A stretch of DNA of 64,000 bases from assembly GCA_016748015.1 (NCBI GenBank), contig JAAOMT010000134.1, forward strand, positions 688,757 to 752,756, read 5' to 3'. Both the position numbers and the translations under genes were made by a program. This document shows, piece after piece, positions 45,841-64,000 of the stretch. The notes under the pieces are model-generated. The model ran no database searches, was not told where the DNA came from, and was given only the letters and a program-made list of their open reading frames with translations. How positions within the stretch are numbered: position 1 is the stretch's first letter; the number at the start of each line of letters is the position of its first letter. This stretch comes from Geosiphon pyriformis uo1 (Eukaryota; Fungi; Glomeromycota).

Positions 45841-46799
45841 CAAAATCGACTTTAAAAAAATTATTAAATCCACATCAAAAAATTCTAGTCCTCATCTAGT
45901 TATAAAGATCGAAATCGACTACACGTTTTCTTTCTTTTCCTTTTTTGTTACTTTAAATAAAAAAATAAAAAAAGATCAAGATTACAAATTTTTGATGCCA
46001 CAAACATGATAAACAAATCTGCAAAAGAATCAATGAAATTATCTTATCTCTATGTTGTGTTACCGGGTTGTTTTTGTTGTTGTTGTTGTTGTTGTTGTTG
46101 TTATTGTTGTTATTTTTTTGGGGGAGTAGGAGTAGACGGAGGAGAAGGAGGAGAAGAGGAGGAGGAGGGGGAGGGAGGAGGAAGGGATAATTGAACAATA
46201 TTAAAATAGATTTTGGTGAAAAATGAGTCTCGGGAATTGTAAAATAATGAGTAACCTTTTAAGTTTTAACCATTAAACTAAATCTATTTATAATGGAAAA
46301 TTGTGGGTCATTGTTCCTATTATAGGTAACTATCATCATAAAAAATTATATATTAAATAGGGGTATATCTTAATATTATTTATTTGATCTCCTGATTTAT
46401 TTATTTATTTGTGATGAGGAAAGAAGATCATACGCATTTTAAAAAAGATGTATAAATTTAAAATTCTAAAGGGAATAAAAATACCAAATGACTCTTTGTT
46501 TGGAATGTCATCGTGACTATATGGAAGAACTAGTCACTAAATTAAATAAAAACTCAAAGTCATAAGGTTAAAAAATTTTATGTCTTTTTGAAACGTATAG
46601 CATAAATCAAAAAGTATTTTCTTTACTGTTATTATTTAGTTGGTTTTTGTGTCATTGGGAACTTTTTTCATCTCATTCGAACTGAACACATTATTTTCTC
46701 GCCAAATAACCAATTGAGGAATGAAAAAAAAAGTGGGTTTAACATGTATGAATGTAAGAGGTTGATCTTGAGAATAATTATGGTGAACAACCTTCTCAG

Positions 46800-46845
<46 letters not shown>

Positions 46846-46921
46846 GATAATAAAAGCCTGGGAAAATTGTACAAATTTTAAATTTTGAAGTAACCGTTTT
46901 ATAATATCATTTAAAATGGAT

Positions 46922-47045
46922 GAAAGACTATTAACTATGATTATTGAAAGACTATTAACTATGATTATTGAAAGACTATTAACTATGATTATTGAAAGAC
47001 TATTAACTATGATTATTGAACATTGAACATTGAACATTGAACATT
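46922..47045. repeat. Minisatellite: 24-bp GAAAGACTATTAACTATGATTATT x4 followed by (GAACATT) x4
   Basis: Exact tandem copies read directly from the sequence. Confidence 0.9.
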
Positions 47046-47862
47046 GGTCTTTTTCTTTTTTTTAAAAAAAAGAAATAAAATTACAGAAATTTATAATTTT
47101 TGTGTTCTTGATGCACCTACCTACCTACTACTACTATTACTACTACTACTATTACTACTATTACTATTACTATTGCTATTGCTATTACTATTACTATTAC
47201 TATTACTATTACTATTGCTATTACTATTGCTACTACTCGGATTTGTGTAAAATAGATAAGATAATAATGTAGGCTAAAATAAATTTGTGAAATAGTGAAT
47301 GAAAAGCAGCATATATTGAGATAAGATTATCTGCGGGGAACCGGTTGATCATAATGATTTTTAAAAATGTCGGAATCAAATAAGGGGAATTCTAAAGGGT
47401 AAAAAAAAATTTTTAAATTGGTCAAATAAATGTGTGTTTACCCATCACATCACAATGCATACATACACACACACACTTTAGTATTTTTCTCAGGCGGATG
47501 GTCATCCTACCGCCGAAAAACCGTATTTTACACAAAATTAGAAATTTTTTTAAAAAAAAGGGGCAAATTGCGCATTATCAAAAATTAATAGGGTATTACA
47601 TCATAATACAATAATAATAATTTAAATAATAATAATAATAATAATAATTTAAATAAGAATAATATAATTTAAATAAGAATAATAAGAATAATCAGATTAA
47701 GATAAGATTATCGAGACAACCTTTTTTTTTTAAAAAAATTTAACTGAGTAAATAAATCGAGTAACTCGAATTAGTCATATGGGCTGTGTAAAAAAGTAAA
47801 AAAAAAAGGTTTTTCGCAAAATAGAGGATTCCTATGGAAAAGAATGCGTGAGAAATTGGTCA

Positions 47863-47906
<44 letters not shown>

Positions 47907-49360
47907 TATATACATGCATATATAAATTATTATTTTTTTAATGAATAATATTTAAAAAGATTTTTGAATAGAATACACACACACACACACATACACACAC
48001 ATACACACACACGCACATACATACACACACACATATTACCCCGCACTTGAGAGTTTCTTATTACAGAAACTCTATTTAAACTTTTAAAGAAAATTATCAA
48101 AGGTTAAAAAAATAAAATAATCCTCTGTTTAAAAATACCGAATAGAATAAATTGATCGCAAATCGGTTAATCAATTAAATTTATTATTAATTTTAAGCTT
48201 GGCTGAATAGACTTTTTTGATCTAAAATACAAATGAAATAGAAGAATATCGGTGATTTAAATTTTGAAATCACCATATCTGATTAGTAATTGGTAAAGTA
48301 AGGTAGGATTTTTCATAGATATCTGATACCTGATATCTGATATCTATATTTAAAAGATAAGGTAAGTGAGTCAAAAACTATCATTAAAAAAAAATCATAT
48401 ACACTATATATATATAATTAATCACCATTTGGATCTTCTTGTTTAAAAATTTTCCGAACTCTTTTATGGAAATTACTAAATTTGAAAAACATCTCGGATA
48501 TTTATTTAAAATTTGTTATTTCTTTTTGACCGAATTTGGAAATTGATAACAAATTTTTTTATCTTATCTATTGAGATAACAATATTTCGATTCGAATCGA
48601 TTCGAAATTTGTCAAACAAAACAAAATCAAATCAAACCAAATCAAAATCAAACCAAAATCAAACCAAATCAAAATCAAAACAATTCAAAATGAATCAAAA
48701 CAAATCAAAACAAACCAAAATATAATAACATAAAACATAATATCAATCGTGTTAAAAATATATATTTATATTTTGTCTTGGAACACATCATCAAAATAAA
48801 ATAAAATAAAAAGACATTAACCATCATCGTTTCCCAAATCTAAAGATTCTAACCAATTTTTTTTTTGTAGGGCTCATGTCATCGATTTTAAAAAAAAATA
48901 AAAATAATAATTTTAATTAATTAATTAATCAAGATCTATTTGTTTGATCGTTTGTGACCAAAACCCAAAGCAAAGATAGGACTTCAGCTTTCGAACCGAA
49001 GATACTTTCTAGATCAAGTTAATTAAAAATGATTTATAAATATTTTATTTATACAAAAAAAAAAAATGAAAAATGAAAAAATGAAAAAAAATTTGAAAAA
49101 AACTCGCACGCATTGACACACTTTATGAGTCGTTTTTCGTTTTTAAGGGTATTTAGACTTTTTTTTTTTGAAATGAAAAATACACAAAGTACAAAATAAA
49201 AAATAAAAAAAGTAAATATATATAAAGATAAAAAAAAATTCTTGAAACCGATTGATTCATCATGGGAATTGAATTCGACATACTTATATATTTATTTATT
49301 TATTTATTTATTTTAAACTTTTTTTTTTAATTTTTAAAAATATCCCATCCCATCCCATCC

Positions 49361-49400
<40 letters not shown>

Positions 49401-52030
49401 TTGAAAATAATAATAATAAAATAGTTTCACGATACAAAAAAATTAAAATTAAAATTAAATCAAGGAATTGAAAATGATTCAAAATTCAAAAAAAGATGAA
49501 TCCCTCTTGAAAGAGAATCTATTTTTTTTCACAGATTTTCAGAAAATATCATTTTTTAATCGTGTGAATTTTTATATATATATCTATATGTATATATGTA
49601 TATGTATATATTTTGCAGTAACTAAAAGAGTATGAATTTCAAATTAAAGCTAGATGATTGTTCATCCCTCAAAAAATTTAGGTCATACTCACGCTTATTA
49701 AAAGATCTTTTTTTACGATTTTCTCTTTAAAAACAAAATTAAATAGTGAAATTTAAATGGTTCACATTCGAAAATTGGTCTCAGTTCAAGACTAAAAAAA
49801 AATTGAATACCATCAATCAATAAAATAAAATAAAAATATAAATATAAAATTTTTATTATTGAAAGTTTTAGGTAAAGTTGTTGGACAAAAAAAAAAATAT
49901 ATATACGCCATCAAAGAAATATCCCTATCCTATTCTATCCTATCCTATACTATACTATACTATACTATACTATACTATACTATACTATCCTATCCTATTC
50001 TATAAACAGTTAGAATTTCAAAATATTGAATTAAAAAACATTATAATTTCATTCATAAAAATTTACGAAATAAAGGCCTCATAATAAAAAGTTTAATTCT
50101 GTAACACTAGGATCGAAATAATTTTTTTCTCACTCCACATTTTTAGGATTCCCTTTATGGATTCTTGGGAGTCTAAAAAATCTATAATAAATATTTGGTA
50201 GAATTTTGGGAATGAATTTAATCGACTCATTCTGACACAACACAACATGACACGTATACGTACACGTACACGACACCCATATAACACAACACAACACAAC
50301 ACAACACAACACAACACAACACAATACAACATAACACAACACAACACAATACAACATAACAATATAATACAAATATAACACAACACAAATCCTCGATCCC
50401 TCCCAAAAAATTAGCCTTATTCAAAACTAAAAAAGGTATTTTACTAAATCTCCGTTTCCTAGTAATACATGTGTAATGATCAATATGCTAACCCTGAACT
50501 TTATTATTCAATTGGGTAATATTCAATCATTTTATGAATAATCTGTTTTTGTATCAAATGATATTACACACATGGCATATTTCTTTTCTATTGAAATGCG
50601 AGATGATTGAGTTATGTTTAATCATTGACTAAACATTGAATATCCCTTTTTTTATCTTATTTAAAATTGAATGTTCGAATTTAAGAAATTTGTAGATGTT
50701 GAGAACTTTTCGTTTATGTAAATTAATGTCGTAGGTACATGAGTAGATTTTTTACAATTTAGTTTCATCCTTGACTGGATCCATTTTGTCGTAATTCCAT
50801 CACGATCAATAGTCAGTCAGTCTCGGAAATAATTTTTTTAAAGTTGATAATTATGATGATGATGTTGATGATGTTGATGAATTGAATTGGAAAAAAAAAA
50901 AAGTCTTTTGGCAATGAAAAACATTTATAATTTCAATAAACTAATTCTCACGATATATATTAAAATAGTTGTTTTACAAGTTAAAAAACTTTTAAAACTT
51001 TAGATTTTATCATAACTAGTAAAAAATCGACAAATTATTTTTAAACCCTGGCTTTTTTTTTTCCTGGAAATCTTCGATTTCTACTATTGCCAAAAATATT
51101 GAATTTTCAAGATCACAGATCACGAGAGCTTATAATTTATTAATCTATATATATATATATTAATTTGATAGATATTTTTTTAATATCAAAAAAATATTCA
51201 CAATTTTTGTCATTTCGAATAAAGAGTTCATCACTGCTTTGAAAAAAATAAAAAAAGTTATAGATTAATTTATTTATTTATTTACAATTATTACCCCTAC
51301 ACCTACACCTACACCTACCCTTCTTACCCTTACCCATACCCATACCCATACCCTTACACTTACACTTACACTTACACTTTAGCCTAATTTATTTCATGAA
51401 TTTTCCTGAAAAGAAAAAATAAAATATTATTTTAAGATAATAATTTTTTAAAAAATATTTTGAACATATTTTGGGGAATAACTTGGTTGTGGGAATAATC
51501 TAATTAAAAAAAAAGTTAATTTCAAACTTTAACCCCTGAAAGAAATAACGATTCATTCTTCTCAAGCCCCTTTGTAAAAGGCTAAATATCCTCGAAAAAA
51601 TAAAAAAAAATAAAAGTTTTTAAAACAAGAATCTGTTGTTGTTGTTATTGTTATTGTTATTGTTGTTATTGTTATTGTTGTTGTTGTTGTTGTTGTTGTT
51701 GTTTTTTTTACTAAATTATGAATTTTGGAATTAAGAAATTTATGAATTTTCGAATATTTTTGCCAAATATCCATTTGTTGTTGTGAATATATATATGAAT
51801 AATGTTTCCCGAAGATTTTCATATTTTCCAAGTTTCAGGTCTCAAAGATTTGAGTGTGGTTCAGATCTACTAAATAATTATTAAAAACCTAATTTCACTT
51901 ATGATTATTATATATCCATGTGCTCATGGTGAAACAATGCCAAACAGTTTAAGATAGAAGATCTTTTTAACCAGGAAATCGGAGGGAAATTTCTTTATCG
52001 ACCTTGAAAAGATAGGAAAAATGTAAAAGA

Positions 52031-52068
<38 letters not shown>

Positions 52069-52164
52069 AAAAAGTTGTAAAAATCATTTAATTTCATGAT
52101 TCACGCTGTATCATCATAATTTTTAATTTTTAATTTTTCACATTTCACATTTCATATTTCTTTT

Positions 52165-52212
<48 letters not shown>

Positions 52213-53315
52213 TCATTTTTTTTTAAAAAATTTAGATAAGAATATTATTAGAATTTCCAAGTTACATTGTGATGCTTTGAGAATGAATGAAATGATAAAG
52301 ATTTGAATAAATGGTTGTTTTTTTAATTTATTCATTTTTTTTGTTAATATCTTGAATTTACAATTTAACTTTTAATTATATCATTTTATTTTATTTTATT
52401 TTTATTTTATTTTATTTTATTTTATTTTATTTTTCACTTCTCTTTGTTGTAATCTAGATTATATATATATATTGATCAATTAAAATATCACTGAAATTTC
52501 GATTAAAAAATATATTTTTTTTTTAGCAGAATTTCATATCATTAATACACACACTATATTTCATTTCTGTTATTCATAATGTATACATTTAAACTATTTT
52601 ACTAATATTTTAAAAATTACTAATCTTTAAAAATTACTAATCTTTTTTTTTAAATAATCAAAAATTGCTAATCTTTTTTTTAAATAATCAAAAATTACTA
52701 ATCATCATTATTAATTTGAGTCGGCAAAAAAATAATAATTTAACCAAAGAGAATCTTTTGTAAATAAATAAATAAATGAATGAATGAATGAATGAATGAA
52801 TGAATGAATGAATGAATGAATGAATGAATATATACATATATACATATGTACATACATATCTTTTAACCTTTTTAGTACAAACTTTTTCATGGTAGACAAT
52901 CTTTTTTCATGGTAGACAATCTTTTTAAATGTATGTTTTAGTTTATCTAGTTAAATAATCTTTTTCCCAATATTTCGATTCGATTAGGTCATGTATGTAT
53001 TAATTTTAATTTTAATTTTATTTTTATTTTAAATCAAAAAAAAAAATTTAAAAAATTTTCTAAATTTTCTAAATTTTAAATTCCCTAAAATTTTATTATT
53101 ATTATTATTATTTTTTTGAAACAATGATATGAGATTTCGGTAATAAAATTTCGCCTATCGCTAACTCTCTCCCTTTTGGGATTACTGAAACATACTATAG
53201 TTTCGTCATAGTTCCATGATAATATTTTTTTTTACATTCTTGATTCGATATGAAATTTTTGTAATATCATTTCAGGAAAAAATAAAATAATAAAAAGAAA
53301 TAAAGAAAAAAACAT

Positions 53316-53829
53316 NNNNNNNNNNNNNNNNNNNNNNNNNNNNNNNNNNNNNNNNNNNNNNNNNNNNNNNNNNNNNNNNNNNNNNNNNNNNNNNNNNNNN
53401 NNNNNNNNNNNNNNNNNNNNNNNNNNNNNNNNNNNNNNNNNNNNNNNNNNNNNNNNNNNNNNNNNNNNNNNNNNNNNNNNNNNNNNNNNNNNNNNNNNNN
53501 NNNNNNNNNNNNNNNNNNNNNNNNNNNNNNNNNNNNNNNNNNNNNNNNNNNNNNNNNNNNNNNNNNNNNNNNNNNNNNNNNNNNNNNNNNNNNNNNNNNN
53601 NNNNNNNNNNNNNNNNNNNNNNNNNNNNNNNNNNNNNNNNNNNNNNNNNNNNNNNNNNNNNNNNNNNNNNNNNNNNNNNNNNNNNNNNNNNNNNNNNNNN
53701 NNNNNNNNNNNNNNNNNNNNNNNNNNNNNNNNNNNNNNNNNNNNNNNNNNNNNNNNNNNNNNNNNNNNNNNNNNNNNNNNNNNNNNNNNNNNNNNNNNNN
53801 NNNNNNNNNNNNNNNNNNNNNNNNNNNNN
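53316..53829. other. Assembly gap (N run); further 20-N gaps at 56521-56540 and 57675-57694
   Basis: Runs of N. Confidence 1.
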
Positions 53830-54602
53830 AAAAAAAAAAAAAAAAGAAAACAGTGTGGTGGTGGTGGTGGGTGGTAAATCCCCGCTGGATAAATTCAATT
53901 CGATCATGTTTCATGTGATGAATTCCAGATCCAAACACACCATTTTGAAAGAAAGATAACCTGTTTTTAATATTATTATAACTCATCAATTAGCTTATAA
54001 GAATACATATACATATATATATATGTATATGTATCTGTATATATTCTTTATACATATATTTATTTATTTATTTATTTATATGTTATGTTAGTGTATATTA
54101 TATATATACTATTTTTAAATTGAACTTTATACTAAAAATTTTATTTTAATCAATTGTTGTGTAATATCCTTCATCAATGTAAACTCATAATCTATTGTAG
54201 AATCAATTAAACTTCTTAATATACGTAAGAATTCCATAATGTCAAAAAAAAAAAAAAAAGTGAAGAGTTATTCAAATATATAAAGGAGGTCGCTATCCCA
54301 CTTCACCTTTTCCTTGTATCGCTTTGTTTCTCAGTTTTTAAACAAACGAACAAAAAAGAAATCTATACATCATACATCCATACAGATCCACTCAAAATAT
54401 TATAATCATATCTTTTTGTGGGCTCGCTAAAATATTACAAAGACAACAATAACAACAATAACAACAAGAAGAATCCTTTTCTACATAAACACAAGAAATA
54501 GTTTTTTTTTTTTTTTTTTTTGAATTTCTCAAGTTTAAAAAAAAATCACCCCCCATCACTTTTAAATTTATATCTTTTTCTTTTGATCCTTTTATTTCCA
54601 CA

Positions 54603-54725
54603 ATGCCTGGTTTACTCTTCAACAATGATTCACAACTACAACGAAACTTTTCGTTCGTAAACAGTTTTCATACACGTGCCATTCAATCTGTGAATAACAC
54701 CATCAATAATTTTAATCTTAATCTT

Positions 54726-54799
<74 letters not shown>

Positions 54800-56243
54800 G
54801 AATAATAATAATAATAGTAGTAGTAGTATTAATCAACTTCAAAGCCAAAGTCAAATTCAAACTGTTATTACTGTTCTTCTTCCTCCAGAAATCATTAGAG
54901 TAATTCTCGTCTTGCTTAAAGATGATAAAAAGACATTGGCCGCTTGTGCTCGTGTAAATCATACTTTTAATCTTCATGCAACTCCAATCTTATATAATAC
55001 CATTACTTTCACTTTTCCACATACCTTTACCCAATTCGCCAACGTCATCAATGAAGTCACTCATCGATCACGATTGATTCGTCATTTGGATTTATCAACT
55101 TTCTCCACCCTAGGTCTACAAAAAAGTCAGGTCGAAATTCAAAATGTTGTCACTCCTCAAAACCTGATATCCATTCTACAATCTTGTCCAATGCTTGAAG
55201 CTTTCTCCGTTTCTGAATCCTTGGAATCAACCATCACAGTAGAGGTTCTCAAAACTCTTTTATTCGAATGCAAAAATTTGAAAGCATTGGATTTCTGTGG
55301 ATGCTCAAACAAAGATTTCGTTAGGGCTATGAATGAATTTGCTGTTGCTGTTCTCGGTCGTGTCGAGATTCTACAATATCAAACTGTTACCGATGAAGAG
55401 TTTCAATATAATTTCAAAAAGTTTACACCTCTTTTTCCAAACATTAAACGTCTTTCCTTACACGAATGTCCAATGCTTTCCGAGCACTCCACGATTTTGT
55501 CTTTGCTTGCACACATGCCAAACTTGACTCATTTGGATCTTGGTGGTTGCTCCATTTCAGATTTAACCTTACAATTTCTCACCACAGAAACAAATACAAC
55601 TCTTACTCTCACTCACCTTTCTATAGCCAAATGTAAGAATGTTTCCTCGGATGCTATCGCTCAATTTATCAGTCAATGTGTTCGATTAGAACATTTGAAC
55701 TTGGGAGGTGAAGCGATGGCAATTTCAGAATGGGATTTAGTTACCATTGTTAGCTCACCATCTGCCAAAAATCTTCGATTCCTCGATATCGGTTCTTCTC
55801 ATATCACTCAACGTGTTCTCTATGCAATACAAAAAAATTGTTCTGTTTCCTTGAAAAATCTAGGACTTGGGAAGGCGGATTTGACCGCAATGACAAACAT
55901 TTCAACTTTCTTAACATCGATGCAACAACTCAATTATGTTGATTTGACCAATATTCCTTGCCTCAACCAACTCAATACCAATATTCTCATCTCTAAAATA
56001 CAAAAAGATCCAAACCATCAACTCCATACAATTGAAATGGATCAATCCTTGTTAAAGAAATTACATGCCATCCCCGGTTGGAATATTGATCAGAATCAAG
56101 GTCGTCGTTGGTACTATGGACGAAAAAAGGCACAATCCGGTAATATTAGATCTGATCGTGTTCATGGTAGAAAGTTGGATTTAATGGATTGTGGAAAAGA
56201 TGGAATGAGCAAAATTTTTCAATATTATAGTTATGGCGTTTGA
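54603..56243 (+). CDS. Intronless F-box/LRR (RNI-like) protein with an N-terminal poly-Asn tract (YLR352W-like)
   Basis: F-box LLPPEIIRVIL..TLAACARVN..ATPILY. LRRs LKALDFCGC, IKRLSLHEC, LTHLDLGGC, LTHLSIAKC. The (AAT)n tract encodes poly-N. Confidence 0.9.
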
Positions 56244-56586
56244 TGCATCATGGTACAACAAAGGTCACGATGGTTTCCTCTTGATAGCACAACGCCAAAA
56301 TGAACCTTTTATAGATAGTAATTTATACCATTTTTATCAGTGATAATGATTTGGACACTTGGTTTGTAAATAAATTTCTGGTAGTAAGAGTAGTAAGAGT
56401 ATTAAGAGTAGTAGTAAGAGTAGGAAGAGCAGTAAGAGCACAGTTGAAACAAAAAAGTTCATTAAATCCCCTCCCACAATAACGAAAAAAAAAAAAAAAA
56501 AACTTGAAAGTTTCTGAAAANNNNNNNNNNNNNNNNNNNNTTCAAAAAAGATACCCATTTTTTTTTTTTTTTTTTCTCAGCCAACC

Positions 56587-59749
<3,163 letters not shown>

Positions 59750-59899
59750 GTGCTAAATGATTTCAATGAAAAAAGATAAAAGTATTTTGAGAGTTTAATT
59801 TTATTGAAAATATCATTTTCTTTTTACATAAAGTGATTTTATTTATTTCTTTAAAATTATGATTGAAATTTTGTTTTGCCGCGAGTAATAGTCAAAAAT

Positions 59900-59984
59900 T
59901 ATTATCAAAAACGTCTACTCTAAAATAAATATTAATCTTTTTTGCAGATTTTGAAGAAACAAGAGTCTCAATTACTATGATGAT

Positions 59985-60041
<57 letters not shown>

Positions 60042-60672
60042 TGTAATAATAATAAAACACTGCATCAAAAACTTTCTACCCAAGAACTAATCATCCGCAA
60101 GTTTTAGATTATCATGAATTAAAATAAGGCTAAATGATGTTTTTTGTACGACAGATGACTAATAATAATAAAATGACGACCTTCAACTTAAGATAGTTCA
60201 TTGATTCTCATGCATATTTGTGTGTAATCAGATTTTTTAAGTTTTGTAATCAGAGATTTTCAAGGGGGACGACGTAAATGGAAACTTTGGAAAATCTATA
60301 AATGCATTGACAAACCGAGATTCCCATTCGCCAAATTTCCTCAAAAGGTATTTTGGGCTTATACGGAGTAATCCTAAAGACCGAATATTTCTTTAAACGT
60401 CATTTGATCGTTTAAAAAAAAAAGTTTAGGAAAAAAGCACGTTTCATTCCATGATCTCTATCTCTATTTAAAAAGTTGTGCATGGGAAAAAAAAAAAAAA
60501 AAGGGAAATAAATCAATCGAGGAATCACGAAGAAAGTTTCGGGAGCTGAACTTTTTTAAAAGAAAAAAAGGAAAAAACAATCAAATTCCCCGACTCTGGA
60601 GGTAAAAAATGTAAATAGGTAAAGAGCTAAGAGGTTAAGAGGTTAAGAGGTTAAGAGGTTAAGAGGTAAAGA

Positions 60673-60707
<35 letters not shown>

Positions 60708-61379
60708 TTATGATCCCTAAGGAAATTCTCGAATTTTTTTTTGTTTATTCTTTTTGATCATTGATTTGGAGAAAGAGATCCGGATTTCTTTTGAGAATTT
60801 TTTTTTTATTCTCTGGATGACAAATTCCCAAAAACGCCATCTTTTCCTTAAATGATAAAAGATATTAAAAACTCTCTCTCTCTCTCTCAGGTAATATTTA
60901 TTTGTCAATTAGCCTATCATGAAAAACCGGTTTGAATTTTGATTCTGTAATGTCGCATACTTTTTTTTAACTGGAGGCTTTTTTCCATCTTGAGAAATCT
61001 TAAAAGTGTGGGGTATTATATTATAAATTATTTATTTTAGTATGTGATTGTGGTTGTAGTTGTGATTGTAGTAAATTCTTAAAGATGTATATATTAATAA
61101 ATAACTTTAAAAACTCAAATGTATTAAATTTTGAACAATACCGAAACAAATTTGTATTGTCATATGTTGTACAAGTCAGAGTCAGTCATTCAGTCATTCA
61201 TTCATTTTATTTTATTTTATTTTATTTTATTTCTTTCTTTGGTAGTTTGGTTACACTGTTTTTTTTTGATTATCTTATCTCAATCTAATTGGGAAATTTT
61301 TGCACGTAATACAATGGGAAATTTTTTTTTTTATCAATATAATGAATATCAAAGAAAATGGTCATTAGTGCACTTTGTG

Positions 61380-61421
<42 letters not shown>

Positions 61422-64000
61422 ATATTAAGATAAGGTAAGGTAAATGTGAATATAATTGGAAACTAAGTTAAAAAAGGGAGTTTTACTTTAATCATTTTTT
61501 CGATCCGGAATTGAAGTTCGTTGATTTGATTTTGATTTTGATTTTGATTTTTGAATTTTGAATTTTTTGACCAAAAAAGCACAAATATTATTTTGAAACT
61601 TGGTTTTTTGGTTAGTTAGTTATTTATTTTATTCTATTTTATTTTATTTTATTTTATTTTATTTTATTTTATTTTATTTTATTTTATTTTAGTTAGTTTA
61701 ATTTAGTTTAATCTAATTTATTTAAATAAAATTTCAAAACTTTAAAAACGAACCTCTTGAAAAAAAAAATCTTTATGGGTTTTGTTACGATAATGTGAAA
61801 ATTCTTTCAAGAATATAGTAATTTCCCTGACCATTTGGGGAAAAAAAAAAAGGTATTTGGAATTTTCAATGAGAATTTTTAAGTCTGCATGATCGAGATC
61901 TAAAATATCCAAAAAAAAAAAACGTTTTTTTTTTTGTTCCTCAACTCAATATCATCATCATCATCGTCATCATCATCATGATGTCAATTATTAAACTTGA
62001 ATTTTTTTATTTTTCCAATAATATATCATCTAGATTTCAATGATCTCTCTCTTTTCTAAAATCTAGAAAAAATGGGTCCAAACTGATCAAACTTTTATTG
62101 ATACTGCCCAAGACTTCCTTTTAGAAGATTATCCCTTTTGTCAGATTTCAAGGTTTTTACTCACTTTAAATTAAAGATAATTTCCCAACCGGGAATTTCA
62201 TTTAAACAGAATTTTAGATAACTAATTAATATAATATACGACTGGTCGAACAAAGAATTAGGAAATAGCAAAAGATTTTCCAATAATCAAAAAATAGATT
62301 TCATCATAATAGATTCAAGTCTGATTTTTGGGATCTCGGTAAACTTTCATATGAAAATATTTCACCCCCAATAACTCATTCACTCATTTTTAATCCTTCT
62401 ACCCCTTTTTTTTTTTTTTTTTGTACTTCTGGGTCAAAGATAAGTGCAGAATAAGACTATCCTTTTTTAAATTTCTTTGAATCACCTCAAAAAAAAAACA
62501 AAAAAAAACGTTAGATATAAACCTTATCATTAATAGCTGCGACATGTTAAAGATGATCTAAAATAGAAAATCAAAGATTCAGATATTTTCAACAACAATA
62601 CTGAGAAACATTGGCTTTTGTTTTCCCAAAACAAAAAAAATATAATCAAAGGAAGGGAGCTTTCAAATAGTATAGTACATGGAAGCTAAGATATAATTTT
62701 CTATTTTAATAATGGTTTATTTTACTAAAATATTGTTTTTTTTTTTTAGAGATAAAAAAAATATCCGAAATAATATTTAAAAATTTAAAAATCAAGATTA
62801 AAATTGATTATTAATCGAATTTATTCTATTAAGGGGGGGGGGGGTAACAAAACGATTACTTTATTTATTTATTTATTTATTTATTTTTTCACAAATTGAA
62901 TAGTTTAAACCTTAAATCTTTTTCCTATGATAAGAAATTCTCAAGTGTGGAGTAATATGTGTCCATTCTATTAAATCTTTTAATATTATTCATTAAAAAA
63001 TATATATATATATATATTTACATATATTCTTGTTGACCAATTTCTCACGCATTCCCCTTCCGTGGGAATCCTCTATTTTTCCTTTTACACCGCCATAGGA
63101 CTAATTCGAGTTAATCGATTTATTCGTTGTTAGATTTAAACTTTGTCTCGATAATCTTATCTTAATCTGATTATTCTTAATATTAATAATAATATTATTA
63201 TTATTAATGATAATGATATATTATTGTATTATGATCTAATACCTATATAATTTTTGATAAATGCCTAATTTCCCTCGTTTTTTCTATTAAACATAATGAG
63301 AAAAAGGATATTAAATGGATTATTTTTTATTTTTTAAATACTTAATTTGACATTAAGATATTAATTAAAAATTTTTAAATTTCTTTTAGGTTAAAAAATT
63401 CATGAGAAAAATTTTCTTTATATCATACTTTTTAAACTAAAAGTACAGCTAAATGAATTCTTTACTTTTTTCTACTACTATTTGAAATAATTAAGTTATA
63501 TCAATTTCACCTATAATATAAAACTTTTTTTACCTATAATATAGAACATAGAACTTTCTTACCTATAATATAAAATATAGAATTTTCTTTAACTATAATA
63601 TAGAACATAGAACTTTCTTTTACCTATAATATAAAACTTTCAAGAATCTTAATCCTGAAAAAATTTAATTTAATTTAATTTAATTAAATCTGAATCAATA
63701 ATTCCCCAATCTATCTTTTCTATTATTAGACAAAGAAAAATCTTTGTGCAATTATCAAATTTTACTTAAAAATATAAAAAAAATTTCATTCGTTTTGGAA
63801 TTCATGATAAAAAGCTTTTTAACAATTTCAATTAAATCTTTATTGAAGTTTATATTTAAACTTTAAAATTCTTTTTTATTTTAATCATATATATATATAT
63901 ATATAGTATCATAAATATTTAATAATCTCACGCTCAAAACTAGAATTTTTTATTTGAAAAAAAAAAAAAAAGTTTTTCTCGCGTTGATTGTTGTTCGAGA
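59900..64000. repeat. Microsatellite/minisatellite-rich non-coding DNA, including (TAAGAGGT)n at ~60628-60676 and ~20-30-bp CCTATAATATA-core tandem repeats at ~63510-63640
   Basis: Visible tandem repeats; no credible ORF. Confidence 0.8.

Larger units (their letters stand above)
44800..54600. repeat. Microsatellite-saturated intergenic region ((AAT)n, (CAA)n, (TAC)n, (AG)n, (CA)n, (ATACT)n, (CACAA)n, (TGAA)n, poly-A/T)
   Basis: Dozens of visible SSR tracts. All ORF-track calls here are repeat translations. Confidence 0.9.

Noticed and set aside
46922-47017. CRISPR-like array (24-bp repeats)
   Set aside because: Head-to-tail repeats without spacers in eukaryotic DNA; this is a minisatellite.
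45953-53989. Poly-Cys/Leu/Val/Thr ORFs in the ORF track
   Set aside because: Translations of microsatellites or N gaps, with no splice or domain support.
60628-60676. Interstitial telomere ((TAAGAGGT)n; also C-rich hexamers at ~51300-51380)
   Set aside because: Not TTAGGG, short, and embedded among many unrelated SSRs.

Overview
Intron-rich, AT-rich fungal genomic DNA, most likely Glomeromycotina (Geosiphon/Archaeosporales-like; inferred from the gene and repeat families, not verified). The left ~45 kb is gene-dense. It holds ArfGAP-UBA, a bromodomain+GATA protein, RPT2, a PY-motif membrane protein, a hot-dog/DUF4442-like thioesterase, SNU114, calnexin, a Tau/MAP2-repeat protein, a bacterial-type MscS channel, a beta-flanking-like protein, a class 3 lipase and URA3. 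Hypermutated transposon relics interrupt it: a LINE ghost at 1-2.7 kb, and a 4.5-kb long-TIR element at 11658-16141 carrying a PD-(D/E)XK nuclease-like pseudogene. Right of ~44.8 kb the DNA becomes microsatellite-saturated and gene-poor (an F-box/LRR gene, an AKR7 gene, three assembly gaps and one probable local misassembly). Highlights: (1) a four-repeat Tau-like protein in a fungus; (2) in-window evidence of polarized, non-CpG-restricted C>T/G>A hypermutation of repeats, seen by comparing one TIR arm with the other and in a zinc knuckle with every Cys/His turned to Tyr; (3) an intronized bacterial-type MscS; (4) recurring CSL-type YGTGRGAA sites. Exon boundaries were read by eye.
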